A stretch of DNA of 64,000 bases from Nannocystis sp. (GTDB lineage: Bacteria > Myxococcota_A > Polyangia > Nannocystales > Nannocystaceae): contig NZ_JADJNN010000008.1 in NCBI RefSeq assembly GCF_016714285.1, positions 132,669 through 196,668 of the forward strand, in the 5' to 3' direction. Shown piece after piece: positions 1-9,019 of this stretch. The translations under genes and the position numbers were made by a program. Position 1 is the stretch's first letter; every line of letters begins with the position of its first letter. The notes beneath the pieces were generated by a model. The model saw only the letters and a list, made by a program, of their open reading frames with translations, did no database searches and was not told the DNA's origin.

Positions 1-356
1 GCGTCGGAGGTGTTCATATAGTCCCACCAGCGGCCATAGAGCGCCTCGCGGGTGAGGCCGGGTTTGGCGGCCGTCTCGACGATCTGGTCCATCACGCGGG
101 TGAAGGTGAAGCCGGCGAGCAGGGCCTCATCGGTGACGGCGAGCGAGCGGCGCGGGTCGAGGTCGAAGGTGTCGCCGCAGACCTGCGCGGAGGGATCGGG
201 GGTGGTGAAATCTGAGGGGCCGGCGGGGACCGGTTTGGGGACCGCGATCGGATCTGTCCTTGCGGACATGTCCTCGGGGTCACACGCGGACAGGGCCAGG
301 ATCGCGGGGGCGCACGAGGCTAAAATTAAGGTGAGCCGGAGCGGAGCTGCGTACAC
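1..356 (-). CDS. Partial N-terminal fragment of a hypothetical lipoprotein; it runs off the window start
   Basis: The minus-strand frame reads V/MYAAPLRLTLILASCAPAILALSAC(lipobox)DPEDMSARTDPIAVPKPVPAGPSDFTTPDPSAQVCGDTFDLDPRRSLAVTDEALLAGFTFTRVMDQIVETAAKPGLTREALYGRWWDYMNTSD. Composition is protein-like, with a signal peptide and lipobox. The GTG start near 354-356 is uncertain; an internal ATG lies near 267-269. Confidence 0.4.
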   Translation of the reverse strand, partial: MYAAPLRLTLILASCAPAILALSACDPEDMSARTDPIAVPKPVPAGPSDFTTPDPSAQVCGDTFDLDPRRSLAVTDEALLAGFTFTRVMDQIVETAAKPGLTREALYGRWWDYMNTSD

Positions 357-483
357 GGGGCCAGGATAACCAAGCGCCTAAGTCTCCGCCAGCGCGGGGA
401 TTGCCGGGATCGGGGCGCGCCCTGGAGGCAGCGCGGAGGGACGTGGCCGCGGGGGCGATGCCGTCGCTGTGCGAGCCCGTGGG

Positions 484-1539
484 TCAGCGGGGCTGCTTGC
501 GGGCGGTGCGGGCGGCGAGGCGGGTCTTGACGCGCTCGGCCTTGGCCTCCTCGGCGGCGAGGAGCTCGGCCTCGTCGCTGGCCTGGGCGGCCTCGAACTC
601 GTTCCACAGGCCGGTGAGGAGCTGGTCCTGATCGGTCCACGGGGTGCCGTCGAGGCCCTTGTCGGGCTCGACGCCCAGCATCTTGAGGGTGACGGCCTGG
701 TCCGGGTTGAGGCCGACTTTCTGGGCCCGGCCGCGGAAGAAGCGCTTCATCGTCGCGGCGGTCTCCTCGTACTTGCTGGGGCACAGCTTGCCGCCGCTGA
801 CGGCGCGGTGGACGGTCTCCCACGTGGCCTTGGTGGTGTAGTTGAAGGGCTTGCCCTGCTCGTCCTTGCAGACGATGTTGCCGCCGGCCTTGCGGATCAT
901 GCGGGCGGCGGCGCGGCGGTAGACGAGCACGTCGACGATCGCGTCGCAGAGGATGCGGGGGTCGGCGGTCTTGTCCCAGACCAGGGTGAAGTAGTTGGAG
1001 TTCATCCCGAACAGGCCGTAGGTCTGCCACACCGATGGGTCGGCGGCGTGGGGGTTGCCCTCGTAGGTCTTCTGCATCTTGCGCCACGCGGAGTAGCTGC
1101 CCTCGAGGTCGGGCGAGAGGCGGTGCACGAGGCCCTGCTGCAGGCTCGACTCGCGGGCGGCGACCAGCTGGAGCAGCTTGTGGAACTCGTCGCTGGCCTT
1201 GAGCCGCTTGGCGACGTGGGCGATGACGCGGTGGGTCCGGACCTGCTCGGTGCGGGTGAGCTTGGGGCGCTTGTCGTTGACGCCGTGGACGCAGGCGCAA
1301 GGCAGCAGGCCCTGCACGGCCGCGCGGTCGTCGATGAAGCTGCCTTCAGGATCGCGGTCGACGCGGACCGGCATCAGAGGCGCCGGAGCGCTGATGGCGT
1401 CGTCGAGGTTGTCGGCGGCGATGTGCCGACCGGGCAGCGTCCCATCCGCTTCATCCATCTTCGCACTGGCTCCATCGTCGAAGACATCGGTCAAGAAGCC
1501 GATGCAGTAGGCCAGGGCTGTCAGTTGCACCAATCGCAT
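484..1539 (-). CDS. Hypothetical secreted protein of 351 aa, unknown function
   Basis: The ORF has a hydrophobic N-terminus (MRLVQLTALAYCIGFLTDVF) and a non-biased composition. A GGGAGAG ribosome-binding site sits 7 nt upstream of the ATG at 1539. I did not recognise a family. Confidence 0.6.
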   Translation of the reverse strand: MRLVQLTALAYCIGFLTDVFDDGASAKMDEADGTLPGRHIAADNLDDAISAPAPLMPVRVDRDPEGSFIDDRAAVQGLLPCACVHGVNDKRPKLTRTEQVRTHRVIAHVAKRLKASDEFHKLLQLVAARESSLQQGLVHRLSPDLEGSYSAWRKMQKTYEGNPHAADPSVWQTYGLFGMNSNYFTLVWDKTADPRILCDAIVDVLVYRRAAARMIRKAGGNIVCKDEQGKPFNYTTKATWETVHRAVSGGKLCPSKYEETAATMKRFFRGRAQKVGLNPDQAVTLKMLGVEPDKGLDGTPWTDQDQLLTGLWNEFEAAQASDEAELLAAEEAKAERVKTRLAARTARKQPR

Positions 1540-2110
1540 TCCGGCACTCTCCCTTCGGCGGCAACCGCCGACGTGTTCCAGGACACCAAGGAGAAACCGA
1601 TCCAGTGTCTCCAGTCCATAGCCACGCGAAATTTTTTGCCGATCGCGGAGGGTTTAGATGCGCCCGCAGGGGCCCAAAGACGCGCTTATGCGGGACATTC
1701 CCGCCCGGCTCGCGGGCCCTGTTTCACTGTCAGATTGTGTGTGCGCGCGGGCTCGATCGAATGTGCCAGCCACAAGTTGTGGACCGCGATCGCGGCGCGC
1801 TCGCAAGATGTAGTGGTGTCACTGCCAGCCCCCGCGCGAGCTCGAGAGTCGCGCGCACTGGCAGGGTCGATGTCGCTTGCGGCGTCGTCGCGCGGCGCGA
1901 AACGGCCGCGTGCACGCGTGCTCCGGCGCAGATCAAGCGGGGCGGGTGATCGACGCGGTGGGTCGGCGCGCCTGATCGCTACGCGCGGCGCGCTCGCGGC
2001 GCTCGGGCCGGCGCCGCGGCGCGCCGCAGATGTCCTTGTCGACATGTCCCAAGCGCCAGGCTGTGCGCGGCGTGGACGGTGAGCGAGGCTGGCCTTCGGG
2101 ACAGCTTTGA

Positions 2111-3109
2111 TCACAGCTCGCGGAGGCCGCGGCGGCGCAGCAGCCACAGGAACAGCGGGGCGCCGAGCAGGCTGGTGAGCACGCCCGGCGGGAGGACGAC
2201 GCTGGTGAAGGCGCGGGCGAGGGTGTCGACGAGGAGGACGAGCACGGCGCCGAGCAGGGCGGCGCGCGGCAGCAAGTGGCGGTGACCGGGGCCGCCCTGC
2301 ATGCGCGCGAGGTGGGGGACCAGCAGGCCGACGAAGGCGATGACGCCGCTGATCGCCGTGGCGGCGCCGACCAGGAGGCCGACGGCGAGCACGGTGCGGC
2401 GGCGCAGGCGGACGAGGTCGACGCCGAGCGAGGCGGCGACGTCGTGGCCGAGGTGGAGGGTGTCGAGGTCGCGGCGCAGCGAGGCGGCGAGCGCGAGGCC
2501 GAGGACGCAGGGGGGCAGGGCCCAGGCGAGGTGGATCCAGGTGCGGCCCTCGAAGCTGCCGAGGCTCCACTGCATCACGCGCAGGCCGAGGTCCCAGCGC
2601 TGGGCGCCGAGGGCGAGGCAGAGGGTCGCGATCGCGGCGCAGAGGGTGCCGAGGGCGAAGCCGGAGAGCAGGAGGGTGGCGAGGCTGTGGTTGGCGCGGT
2701 GGAGGGCGAGGAGGATGACGAGGACCAGGCCCGCGCCGGCGGCGGCGAGCAGCGGGGTGACCCACAGGCCGCTGGATTCGGCGCCGAGGAGGAAGCCGAT
2801 GACGGCGGCGAGCATGGCCCCGGCGCTGACGCCGAGGACGCCGGGGTCGGCGAGCGGGTTGCGGAACAGGCCCTGGGTGAGGGCGCCGGCGCAGGCCAGG
2901 GCGGCGCCGACGAGCGCGGCGAGCAGGGCCCGGGGCAGGCGCAGCTGCCAGACGATCGCGTCGCGCAGCGGTGGGAGCGGGTCGCCGAGGCCGAGGTGGG
3001 CGAGCAGGCTGCGCAGGGCCTCGTCGAGGCCGACCTCGCCGGGACCTGTCCCGAGGGCCAGGAGCAGGGCGGCGGGGAGGAGCAGGGCGGTGAGGTGGCG
3101 CAGGCGCAT
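2111..3109 (-). CDS. btuC: ABC transporter permease of the FecCD/BtuC family
   Basis: The motif FRNPLADPGVLGVSAGA and the polytopic hydrophobic profile are typical of the FecCD family. It lies downstream of a BtuF-like binding protein in a riboswitch-controlled B12 locus. Confidence 0.9.
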   Translation of the reverse strand: MRLRHLTALLLPAALLLALGTGPGEVGLDEALRSLLAHLGLGDPLPPLRDAIVWQLRLPRALLAALVGAALACAGALTQGLFRNPLADPGVLGVSAGAMLAAVIGFLLGAESSGLWVTPLLAAAGAGLVLVILLALHRANHSLATLLLSGFALGTLCAAIATLCLALGAQRWDLGLRVMQWSLGSFEGRTWIHLAWALPPCVLGLALAASLRRDLDTLHLGHDVAASLGVDLVRLRRRTVLAVGLLVGAATAISGVIAFVGLLVPHLARMQGGPGHRHLLPRAALLGAVLVLLVDTLARAFTSVVLPPGVLTSLLGAPLFLWLLRRRGLREL

Positions 3110-3181
3110 GGGACTGGCGGGCGAGGACGCGGGCGGGCGGAGTCGTGGGCCAGCGAGCGGGCCGAGGCGGAGGTCAGCGGG

Positions 3182-4087
3182 TCAGCGGGCGAGGACGCGG
3201 GCCTGCAGGAGCTCGGCGCTGACGATCATACCCTCGCCGGTGCCGCCGAGGTCGCGGGCGGGGATGGCGATGATGCGGCCGTCGCGGGCGGCGCGGGTGG
3301 CCGCGATGCCGGGGCCGGCGGCGAAGCGGGCCTCGGCGGCGGGGCAGGCGGGGTCGTCGGCCTCGGCGGCGGGGCAGGCGATGACGATGACCTCGGGGTC
3401 CCAGGCGACGAGGCGCTCCATGGCCACAGGGACATGTCCCGAGAGACCTGCGCTTTCGGGCAGGTTGACGAGGCCCGCGGCGGCGGCGACGTCGGCGAAG
3501 GTCGTGGCGCCGGCGCTGGTGTGGCCGTCGCCCCAGGCGACCGCGGTGGGCGCGGGGTCGGGCCTGTGGGCGGCGAGGGCGGCGAGGCGGCGGTCGAGGT
3601 TGGCGATGCTGGCCTCGGCGGCGGGGCTGGCCTCGACGGCGGCGGCGAGCAGGCGGAGCTGACGGCGGTAGTCGGCGAAGCCGGTGAAGCTGTCGAGCTC
3701 GAGCAGGCGGACGCGGTGGGCGGTGAGGAGGGCCTTGATCTCGGGGGCGCTGAAGCTGGCGATGACGACCAGGTCGGGGTCGCGGGCGAGCAGGCCCTCG
3801 CTGGTGACGGCGAGGCGCGGGAGCTCGGGCGGCCACTGGCCGGCGACGCGGCTGTAGCGGGGGTCATCGGCCATGCTGCTGACGCCGACGACGCGGGCGC
3901 GCGCGGCCGGGCCGAGGCTCCACAGGATCTCGTCGCTCAGCACGGTCTGCGAGACGACGCGGTGGGCCGGGCCGGTGCTGGGGGTCGGGGTCGGGGCGCA
4001 GGCGGCGAGCAGCAGCGCGGCGAGGAGCGGGGCGCGACGATGCTGTCCTGAGGGACAGGTGATCTGGCCGGAGGGACAGGTGGTCAT
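3182..4087 (-). CDS. btuF: Periplasmic cobalamin/siderophore-type ABC substrate-binding lipoprotein, BtuF-like (Peripla_BP_2)
   Basis: The ORF track extends to 4555, but that upstream portion overlaps the neighbouring gene and is compositionally junk. The real start is the ATG at 4085-4087, giving MTTCPSGQITCPSGQHRRAPLLAALLLAACAP with lipobox LAAC, overlapping the upstream gene's stop as ATGA. The sequence RVVSQTVLSDEILWSLG...VVGVS resembles BtuF/FhuD-class binding proteins. Confidence 0.85.
   Translation of the reverse strand: MTTCPSGQITCPSGQHRRAPLLAALLLAACAPTPTPSTGPAHRVVSQTVLSDEILWSLGPAARARVVGVSSMADDPRYSRVAGQWPPELPRLAVTSEGLLARDPDLVVIASFSAPEIKALLTAHRVRLLELDSFTGFADYRRQLRLLAAAVEASPAAEASIANLDRRLAALAAHRPDPAPTAVAWGDGHTSAGATTFADVAAAAGLVNLPESAGLSGHVPVAMERLVAWDPEVIVIACPAAEADDPACPAAEARFAAGPGIAATRAARDGRIIAIPARDLGGTGEGMIVSAELLQARVLAR
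4044..4082. repeat. CTGTCC-tgag-GGACAG palindrome plus two copies of GAGGGACAGGTG with a 21-bp period, at the lipoprotein A / btuF junction
   Basis: The structure can be read directly. It encodes TCPSGQI TCPSGQH at the BtuF N-terminus. Confidence 0.9.
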
Positions 4088-5304
4088 GGGAGCGGGGTGG
4101 CGGCGTAGGGGGCCAGGCCGGTGGCGATCGGTGTGCCGGCGAAGCGCGGGGTCGGCGGGTCGGCGCGCAGGTCCCACGCGCGCATGCCGGCGGCGGTGGG
4201 GGTGACGTCGCCGAACCATAGCGTGTCGCCGACGATCTCGAGGGTGGGGCCGACCGACTGGAGGCCGCGGGCGACCTCGACGATCGGCGCGTCGTCGTCG
4301 AGGCTGGCGCGCAGGAGCAGCACCTGGGACAGGTCGGCGCTGTAGCTGGCGATGTAGGCGTGGCGGTGCTCGGCGTCGAGGTCGAAGGCCTGGGGCAGCT
4401 GGTAGTCGGCGAGGCCGATCGCGGCGAGGCGGGCGGGGTCGACGGCCCAGGTGGAGGTGCGCTGGGCCAGGTCGACGCGCTCGAGGCCGGTGGTGAGGAT
4501 CAGGACGCTGTGGCCGGTGGGGTCGGCGGGGTCGGGGCGCCACTGCCGGGCCCACAGGCCGAGCAGGGGCATGGCTTGCACGCCGGGGCTCGCGGGATCG
4601 AGGTCGTGGAGGCGGCGGCTCGGGAGGTCGATCGGGGCGAGGTGGTCGCGGGTGTCGGTGGGCGCGAGCAGCTGGTTCTGGTCGAGGCGCTGGACGCTGA
4701 CGAAGAGCGTGTCGCCGCAGCGGATCGCCAGGTGGGCCTCGGGGTTGCCGTCGGCGTCGGCGAGCGGTGCGAGGTCGATGTGGCCGGCGAGGCTCGGGCG
4801 CGCGGGGTCGGCGATGTCGACGATCTGCACGCGCGGGGCGCCGAACATGGTGACGTGGGCGAGGTCGCCGACGACGGTGACCGCGTGCGGGTTGCTGCTC
4901 TGGACGCCGGGGACGGCGAGGCTCTGCTGGCCGAGCAGGGCGAGGCTGTCGGGCGCGAGCAGGTCGAGGGCGTCGAAGGTGTAGCGGTGGAGGACGATCA
5001 GGCGGCCGTCGCTGAAGACAGGGAGCGAGTCGGTGGTGGCGAGGGCGAGGTCCTTGTGGAGCTCGCCGGTGGCGAGGTCGAGGATGCTGAGCGCGCCGGT
5101 GCTGAAGTCGGTGGTGGTGATGGCGAGGCGGGTCGGGTCGCTGAGCTCGCCGACGCAGGCCTCGTCGAGCTCGGGTGGGCCCGCGAGCGGGGGGGCGGCC
5201 CCGGTGTCGCTGGTGTCGCTGGCGGCGGAGCTGGCGTCGTCGTCGGGTGGGGCGCAGGCCAACACGAGGCTGGCCGCGAGGACAGGTGCGAGGGGGCGGC
5301 GCAT
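4084..5304 (-). CDS. Lipoprotein paralog A of the B12 locus, 407 aa, possibly a beta-propeller and possibly BtuG-like
   Basis: The real start is MRRPLAPVLAASLVLACAPP with lipobox LVLAC, at the ATG complement 5302-5304. It shares blocks with the next gene, for example HSVLILTTGLERVDLAQRTSTWAVDPARLAAIGL against HTILVLTSGIERVDLAHGTSSWAVDPAVLAAAGI. Repeated Asp-rich loop and strand periodicity suggests a propeller. Confidence 0.7.
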   Translation of the reverse strand: MRRPLAPVLAASLVLACAPPDDDASSAASDTSDTGAAPPLAGPPELDEACVGELSDPTRLAITTTDFSTGALSILDLATGELHKDLALATTDSLPVFSDGRLIVLHRYTFDALDLLAPDSLALLGQQSLAVPGVQSSNPHAVTVVGDLAHVTMFGAPRVQIVDIADPARPSLAGHIDLAPLADADGNPEAHLAIRCGDTLFVSVQRLDQNQLLAPTDTRDHLAPIDLPSRRLHDLDPASPGVQAMPLLGLWARQWRPDPADPTGHSVLILTTGLERVDLAQRTSTWAVDPARLAAIGLADYQLPQAFDLDAEHRHAYIASYSADLSQVLLLRASLDDDAPIVEVARGLQSVGPTLEIVGDTLWFGDVTPTAAGMRAWDLRADPPTPRFAGTPIATGLAPYAATPLP

Positions 5305-5306
5305 GG

Positions 5307-6590
5307 TCAGGGGATCGCGAGCAGGAGGTAGGGGTCGCCGGGGGTGGCGATCGGGTCGGCCTCGACCGGGGGATCCTCGCTGAGATCGAAGCTGCGCAGG
5401 CGGGGGTTGTCGGTGGCGGCGTCGCCGACCCACAGGAGCTCGCCGACGCGCTCGATCGCCTTGTCGCGGGCGGTGAGGCCGGGGATCAGCTTGTGCGCGC
5501 TCGGGGCTTGCTCGCCCAGGCGGACGCGGAAGACGGCGGCGGCCGGGTAGTCGCCGTCGGTGGCGAGGAGGTCGATGCTGGTGGCGTCGGCGGCGACGCT
5601 GAAGCCGATCGGATCGAAGCCGTCGATGCCGGCGGCGGCGAGCACCGCGGGGTCGACCGCCCAGCTGGATGTCCCATGGGCCAGGTCGACGCGCTCGATG
5701 CCGGAGGTGAGGACGAGGATGGTGTGGCCGCTCGGGTCAGCGGGGTCGAGGCGGGCCTGCTTGGGCCAGGGGCCGAGGAGGGCGATCGCCTGCTCACCGG
5801 GGGTGCTCGGGTCGACGTCGATCGGCTCGCCGGTGCCGAGGTTCATGGCGACGAGGTAGCTGAGGTCGACGGGGTTGAAGTTGACGAGGCGCTGGACGCC
5901 GACGAACAGGGCCTCGCCGCAGGTGAAGGCGAGGCCGGGCTCGGGGCTGCCGTCGCGGTCGGCGAAGTCGATCAGGCTGAGGGCGTCGACCTTGGCCTCG
6001 GCGGCCGGGAGGTCGAGGTCGTAGACGGGGAGCTGCGCGCTGGCGAAGGCGGTGAGGTGGGCGCGGCCGTCGGGGCCGAAGGCGAGGGCCTGCGGGTTGG
6101 GGTCGGCGACGCCGTCGACGCTGACCATGAGCGTGGGCTTGGCGGCCCAGGTGTCGCCGTCGAGGATGTCGAGGCTGTTGAAGCCGAAGCGGCCGATGAT
6201 GACCAGCTTGCCGTCGCCCCACGCGAGCGCGGAGTCGGCGGGGGCGGGCGCGATGTCGGGGGTGAGCTTGTTGCTGGCGAGGTCGAGGACGTGGACGCTG
6301 GCGGGGTCCATGAGGTTGTTGGTGAGGATCGCCAGGCGGGTCGCGGTGGTCGGGCCGAGCGCGCAGGGGGCGTCGAGCTCGATGACGGGGGCCGGGTCGC
6401 CGGTGGTGGCGGTGTCGGTCGTGGCGTCGGTGCTCGTCGGTGCGGTGGTGGGCGCGCTGGTCTGGCTGGTTTCACCTGTGCTTTCGGACATGTCTGTTGT
6501 GCCAGCTTCGGCGCTGTCGCCGGTGCCGTGACCGGTGTTGGTGTGGCAGGCGGAGAGGAGGAGGAGGACGGGGAGGGTGGGGCGGAGCAT
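5307..6590 (-). CDS. Lipoprotein paralog B of the B12 locus, 427 aa, possibly a beta-propeller and possibly BtuG-like
   Basis: It starts MLRPTLPVLLLLSACHTNTG with lipobox LLSAC, followed by a Thr/Ser-rich linker. It is a paralog of 4084..5304. Its ATG lies 3 nt after the btuB stop, in the arrangement TGAtccATG. Confidence 0.7.
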   Translation of the reverse strand: MLRPTLPVLLLLSACHTNTGHGTGDSAEAGTTDMSESTGETSQTSAPTTAPTSTDATTDTATTGDPAPVIELDAPCALGPTTATRLAILTNNLMDPASVHVLDLASNKLTPDIAPAPADSALAWGDGKLVIIGRFGFNSLDILDGDTWAAKPTLMVSVDGVADPNPQALAFGPDGRAHLTAFASAQLPVYDLDLPAAEAKVDALSLIDFADRDGSPEPGLAFTCGEALFVGVQRLVNFNPVDLSYLVAMNLGTGEPIDVDPSTPGEQAIALLGPWPKQARLDPADPSGHTILVLTSGIERVDLAHGTSSWAVDPAVLAAAGIDGFDPIGFSVAADATSIDLLATDGDYPAAAVFRVRLGEQAPSAHKLIPGLTARDKAIERVGELLWVGDAATDNPRLRSFDLSEDPPVEADPIATPGDPYLLLAIP

Positions 6591-6593
6591 GGA

Positions 6594-8840
6594 TCAGGTC
6601 TCGTGGCGGGCCGGGGCGTCGAGCTCGACGCGGAGGGTGGTCCACAGGCTGGTGCCGGGGAGCGGGTAGAAGAAGAAGTCGGAGACGGGGACGGTGATCG
6701 CGGGGGCGCCGGCGATCGGCGGGCGCCAGGTGGTGGTGCGGAGGTTGAAGAGGTTGCGCACCTCGGCGGCGAGGTGGACGCGGCGGGCGAGGTGCAGCTC
6801 GACGGCGAGGCCGTGGAGGGCGCGGCTCGGGACCTCGTAGCGGCCGCTCGGGTCGAGGAAGGTGCGGGCCGCGTAGTCGAAGCTGTAGACCAGGCGCGGC
6901 TCGAGATCGGTGCGCCTGGCCTTGAAGACATGTCCGAAAGAACCTTGCGCGAACAGCTCGTGGCGCGGGCGACCGGGCAGGGGCTGGCCGCGCTGGGAGG
7001 GGTCGTCGCCGAGGTTGACGGGGGCGAGCAGGGTGTAGTTGGCGGACAGGCGGATGTCGCCGCGGAGCAGGCGGAGCGCGGCGCTGGTCTCGAAGCCGGA
7101 GACGCGGGCGCGGGCGACGTTCACGGGGCGCAGGCTGGGACCGGCCTGCTGCCACTGGATCAGGCGGTCGCTCCACGTGACGAAGCCAGCGGCGTGGGCG
7201 TAGAGGGATGTGCGGGCGCGGGTGAGGTCGAGGATGAAGCCGCCGTCGAGGCTGCTGCCGCGCTCGGGTCGCAGGCCCTCGTTGCCGACGATGTAGCCGC
7301 GGTCGCCGAACAGCTCGAGCAGGCTCGGGGGACGGAAGTAGCGGCCGCCGGCGAGGCGGAGGGAGAGGCCGTGGACGAGGCCGAGGCGGGCGGCGAGGCG
7401 CGGGCTGGCGCCGAGCTCGAGGTGGTCGGCGCCCTGGTCGTTCTGCTCGCCGCTGCCGGCGGGGACGGCGAAGCGGCTGCGGAGGACGTCGAGGCGGACG
7501 ATCGGCTGGAGGTGGAGACGATCGCCGGCGAGGTGTTGATCGAGCTGGAGGCCGAGGCCGAGGTTGACGCGCTGGCGGTTGCTGTCGCCCTGGGGCGGCG
7601 TGAGCAGGCGCTGGTCGACGCGGCTCCACTCCTGGCGGGCGTCGGCCATGGCGAGCAGCTGGGCGCCGCGCCACAGATCGAGGGTGAGGCGCGGCGAGAG
7701 GTAGAGGTCGAGGTTCCGGGTGCGCTGGTCGTCGACCCCGAGGCCGACCTCGCCGAGCGGGTCGCGGTAGCGGGTGCGCTCGACGGCGAAGCCGGCGACC
7801 AGGTCGACGTGGCCGGGGCGACCGCCGTCGTCGCCGAGCTCGCGGCGCACCCGGGCGACGCTGCGGGCGACCAGAGTGTCCAGCCTGGTGGCACGCGCCT
7901 GCTGGCCGGTGGCGAGGCCGGGGATGCCCTGGTGCTTGTTGAGCAGCAGCTCCTGGACGCTGTAGCGCCACGCGCCGGCGCGGCCGTGAACGGCGAGCTG
8001 GGCGAGCAGGCGGTCGTAGTCGTTGTTCTGGCGCCGCTCGTTGTGGTCGTCGCGGGGGTCTTGCAGGGTCTCGCCGAGGTTGTGGAAGTTGAAGTCCCCG
8101 GTGGCGCCGGCGTGGCCGATGCGGAGGTCGAGGCAGGGGCCGCGGCGGCGCGGGGCGAGCGGGAGGGAGGTGCTGGCGCGGGCCTCGCTAGCGCCGAAGG
8201 AGCCGAGGCCGAGGACGGCGCCGAAGCGGCGGCGGGTCGGGTCGCAGCGCAGGTCGCTGCCGAGATCGAGGGCGCCGCCGATCGCCGCGCCGCCGTACGC
8301 GACCGGGACCAGGCCGCGGTGGATCGTGACGCGGCCGAGGCTGTCGAGCGGGAGGTCGCCGAGGTTGACGACCCCGCCGCTGCCGCCGACCGGGACGCCG
8401 TCGAGGAAGACCGACACCTGCTGGGCTGAGGAGCCGCGCAGCGAGAGGGCGGAGAACTGGCCGAGGCCGCCGAGTGAGCGCACGGTGGCGCCGGCGCTGC
8501 GACCGAGCAGCTCGGGCAGGCCGTCGGCCGGGCGGGCGCCGGTGGGGTTGGCGAGCTCGATGCTGGTGGCGAAGCCGGGGCTGGCGGCGTCCTGCCGGCG
8601 CTGGGCGTCGAGGCCGTCGCCGCGGCCGTGGGCGACGACGGTGCGGTAGGGCGGGCTGGTCTTTGGGACAGGCTGGGTTGGGCTGGTCTTTGGGACAGCG
8701 GGGCTGGTCTTTGGGACAGCGGGGCTGGTCTTTGGGACAGGTGGCGCGAGGGCGCGGAGCTCGCGGGTGGTCAGCAGGGCGGCCGCGCAGGCGCACGCAG
8801 GCGCGAGGCGCACGCAGGCGACACGTATCGCGAGCCGCAC
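6594..8840 (-). CDS. btuB: TonB-dependent outer-membrane receptor, BtuB-like, controlled by a cobalamin riboswitch
   Basis: The plug domain reads SIELANPTGARPADGLPELLGRSAGATVRSLGGLGQFSALSLRGSSAQQVSVFLDGVPVGG...TIHRGLVPVAYGGAAIGGALDLGS and is followed by a long beta-barrel. The N-terminal extension carries the repeat APPVPKTSPAVPKTSPAVPKTSPTQPVPKTSP. The start is GTG. The C-terminus is atypical, ending ...LWTTLRVELDAPARHET. Confidence 0.9.
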   Translation of the reverse strand: MRLAIRVACVRLAPACACAAALLTTRELRALAPPVPKTSPAVPKTSPAVPKTSPTQPVPKTSPPYRTVVAHGRGDGLDAQRRQDAASPGFATSIELANPTGARPADGLPELLGRSAGATVRSLGGLGQFSALSLRGSSAQQVSVFLDGVPVGGSGGVVNLGDLPLDSLGRVTIHRGLVPVAYGGAAIGGALDLGSDLRCDPTRRRFGAVLGLGSFGASEARASTSLPLAPRRRGPCLDLRIGHAGATGDFNFHNLGETLQDPRDDHNERRQNNDYDRLLAQLAVHGRAGAWRYSVQELLLNKHQGIPGLATGQQARATRLDTLVARSVARVRRELGDDGGRPGHVDLVAGFAVERTRYRDPLGEVGLGVDDQRTRNLDLYLSPRLTLDLWRGAQLLAMADARQEWSRVDQRLLTPPQGDSNRQRVNLGLGLQLDQHLAGDRLHLQPIVRLDVLRSRFAVPAGSGEQNDQGADHLELGASPRLAARLGLVHGLSLRLAGGRYFRPPSLLELFGDRGYIVGNEGLRPERGSSLDGGFILDLTRARTSLYAHAAGFVTWSDRLIQWQQAGPSLRPVNVARARVSGFETSAALRLLRGDIRLSANYTLLAPVNLGDDPSQRGQPLPGRPRHELFAQGSFGHVFKARRTDLEPRLVYSFDYAARTFLDPSGRYEVPSRALHGLAVELHLARRVHLAAEVRNLFNLRTTTWRPPIAGAPAITVPVSDFFFYPLPGTSLWTTLRVELDAPARHET
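8652..8740. repeat. In-frame tandem array inside btuB: four copies of GGGCTGGTCTTTGGGACAG, three with a 21-bp period
   Basis: The array can be read directly. It encodes PKTSPAV repeats. Confidence 0.9.
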
Positions 8841-9019
8841 GTAGGCGACGCGAATGAAGCTGCGGCGCCCGTGGGCGCGCGAGGGCGTGGGGATCTTGGG
8901 GACGATGGCGAGTGAACTCCCGTCTCACCGAGGTCGTCCGCGCCGGTGGGCGCAGGGACCTGCCGCCTTGTCAGGGCGGGGGAGCGCAGGGCAGGTCTCC
9001 TGGCTAAAGGGTCATCCTC

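Noticed and set aside
1605-1949. A 114-aa ORF in the btuC-downstream gap
   Set aside because: The composition is biased and no start context is present. The region is treated as non-coding.
3182-4555. The full 457-aa ORF taken as the binding-protein CDS
   Set aside because: Its N-terminal 150 residues overlap the upstream lipoprotein gene and are compositionally junk. The true start is the ATG at 4087, which gives a lipobox.
8652-8740. Tandem repeats considered as a possible CRISPR array
   Set aside because: There are no unique spacers and the period is 21 bp. The array lies in-frame inside a CDS, and no cas genes are present.
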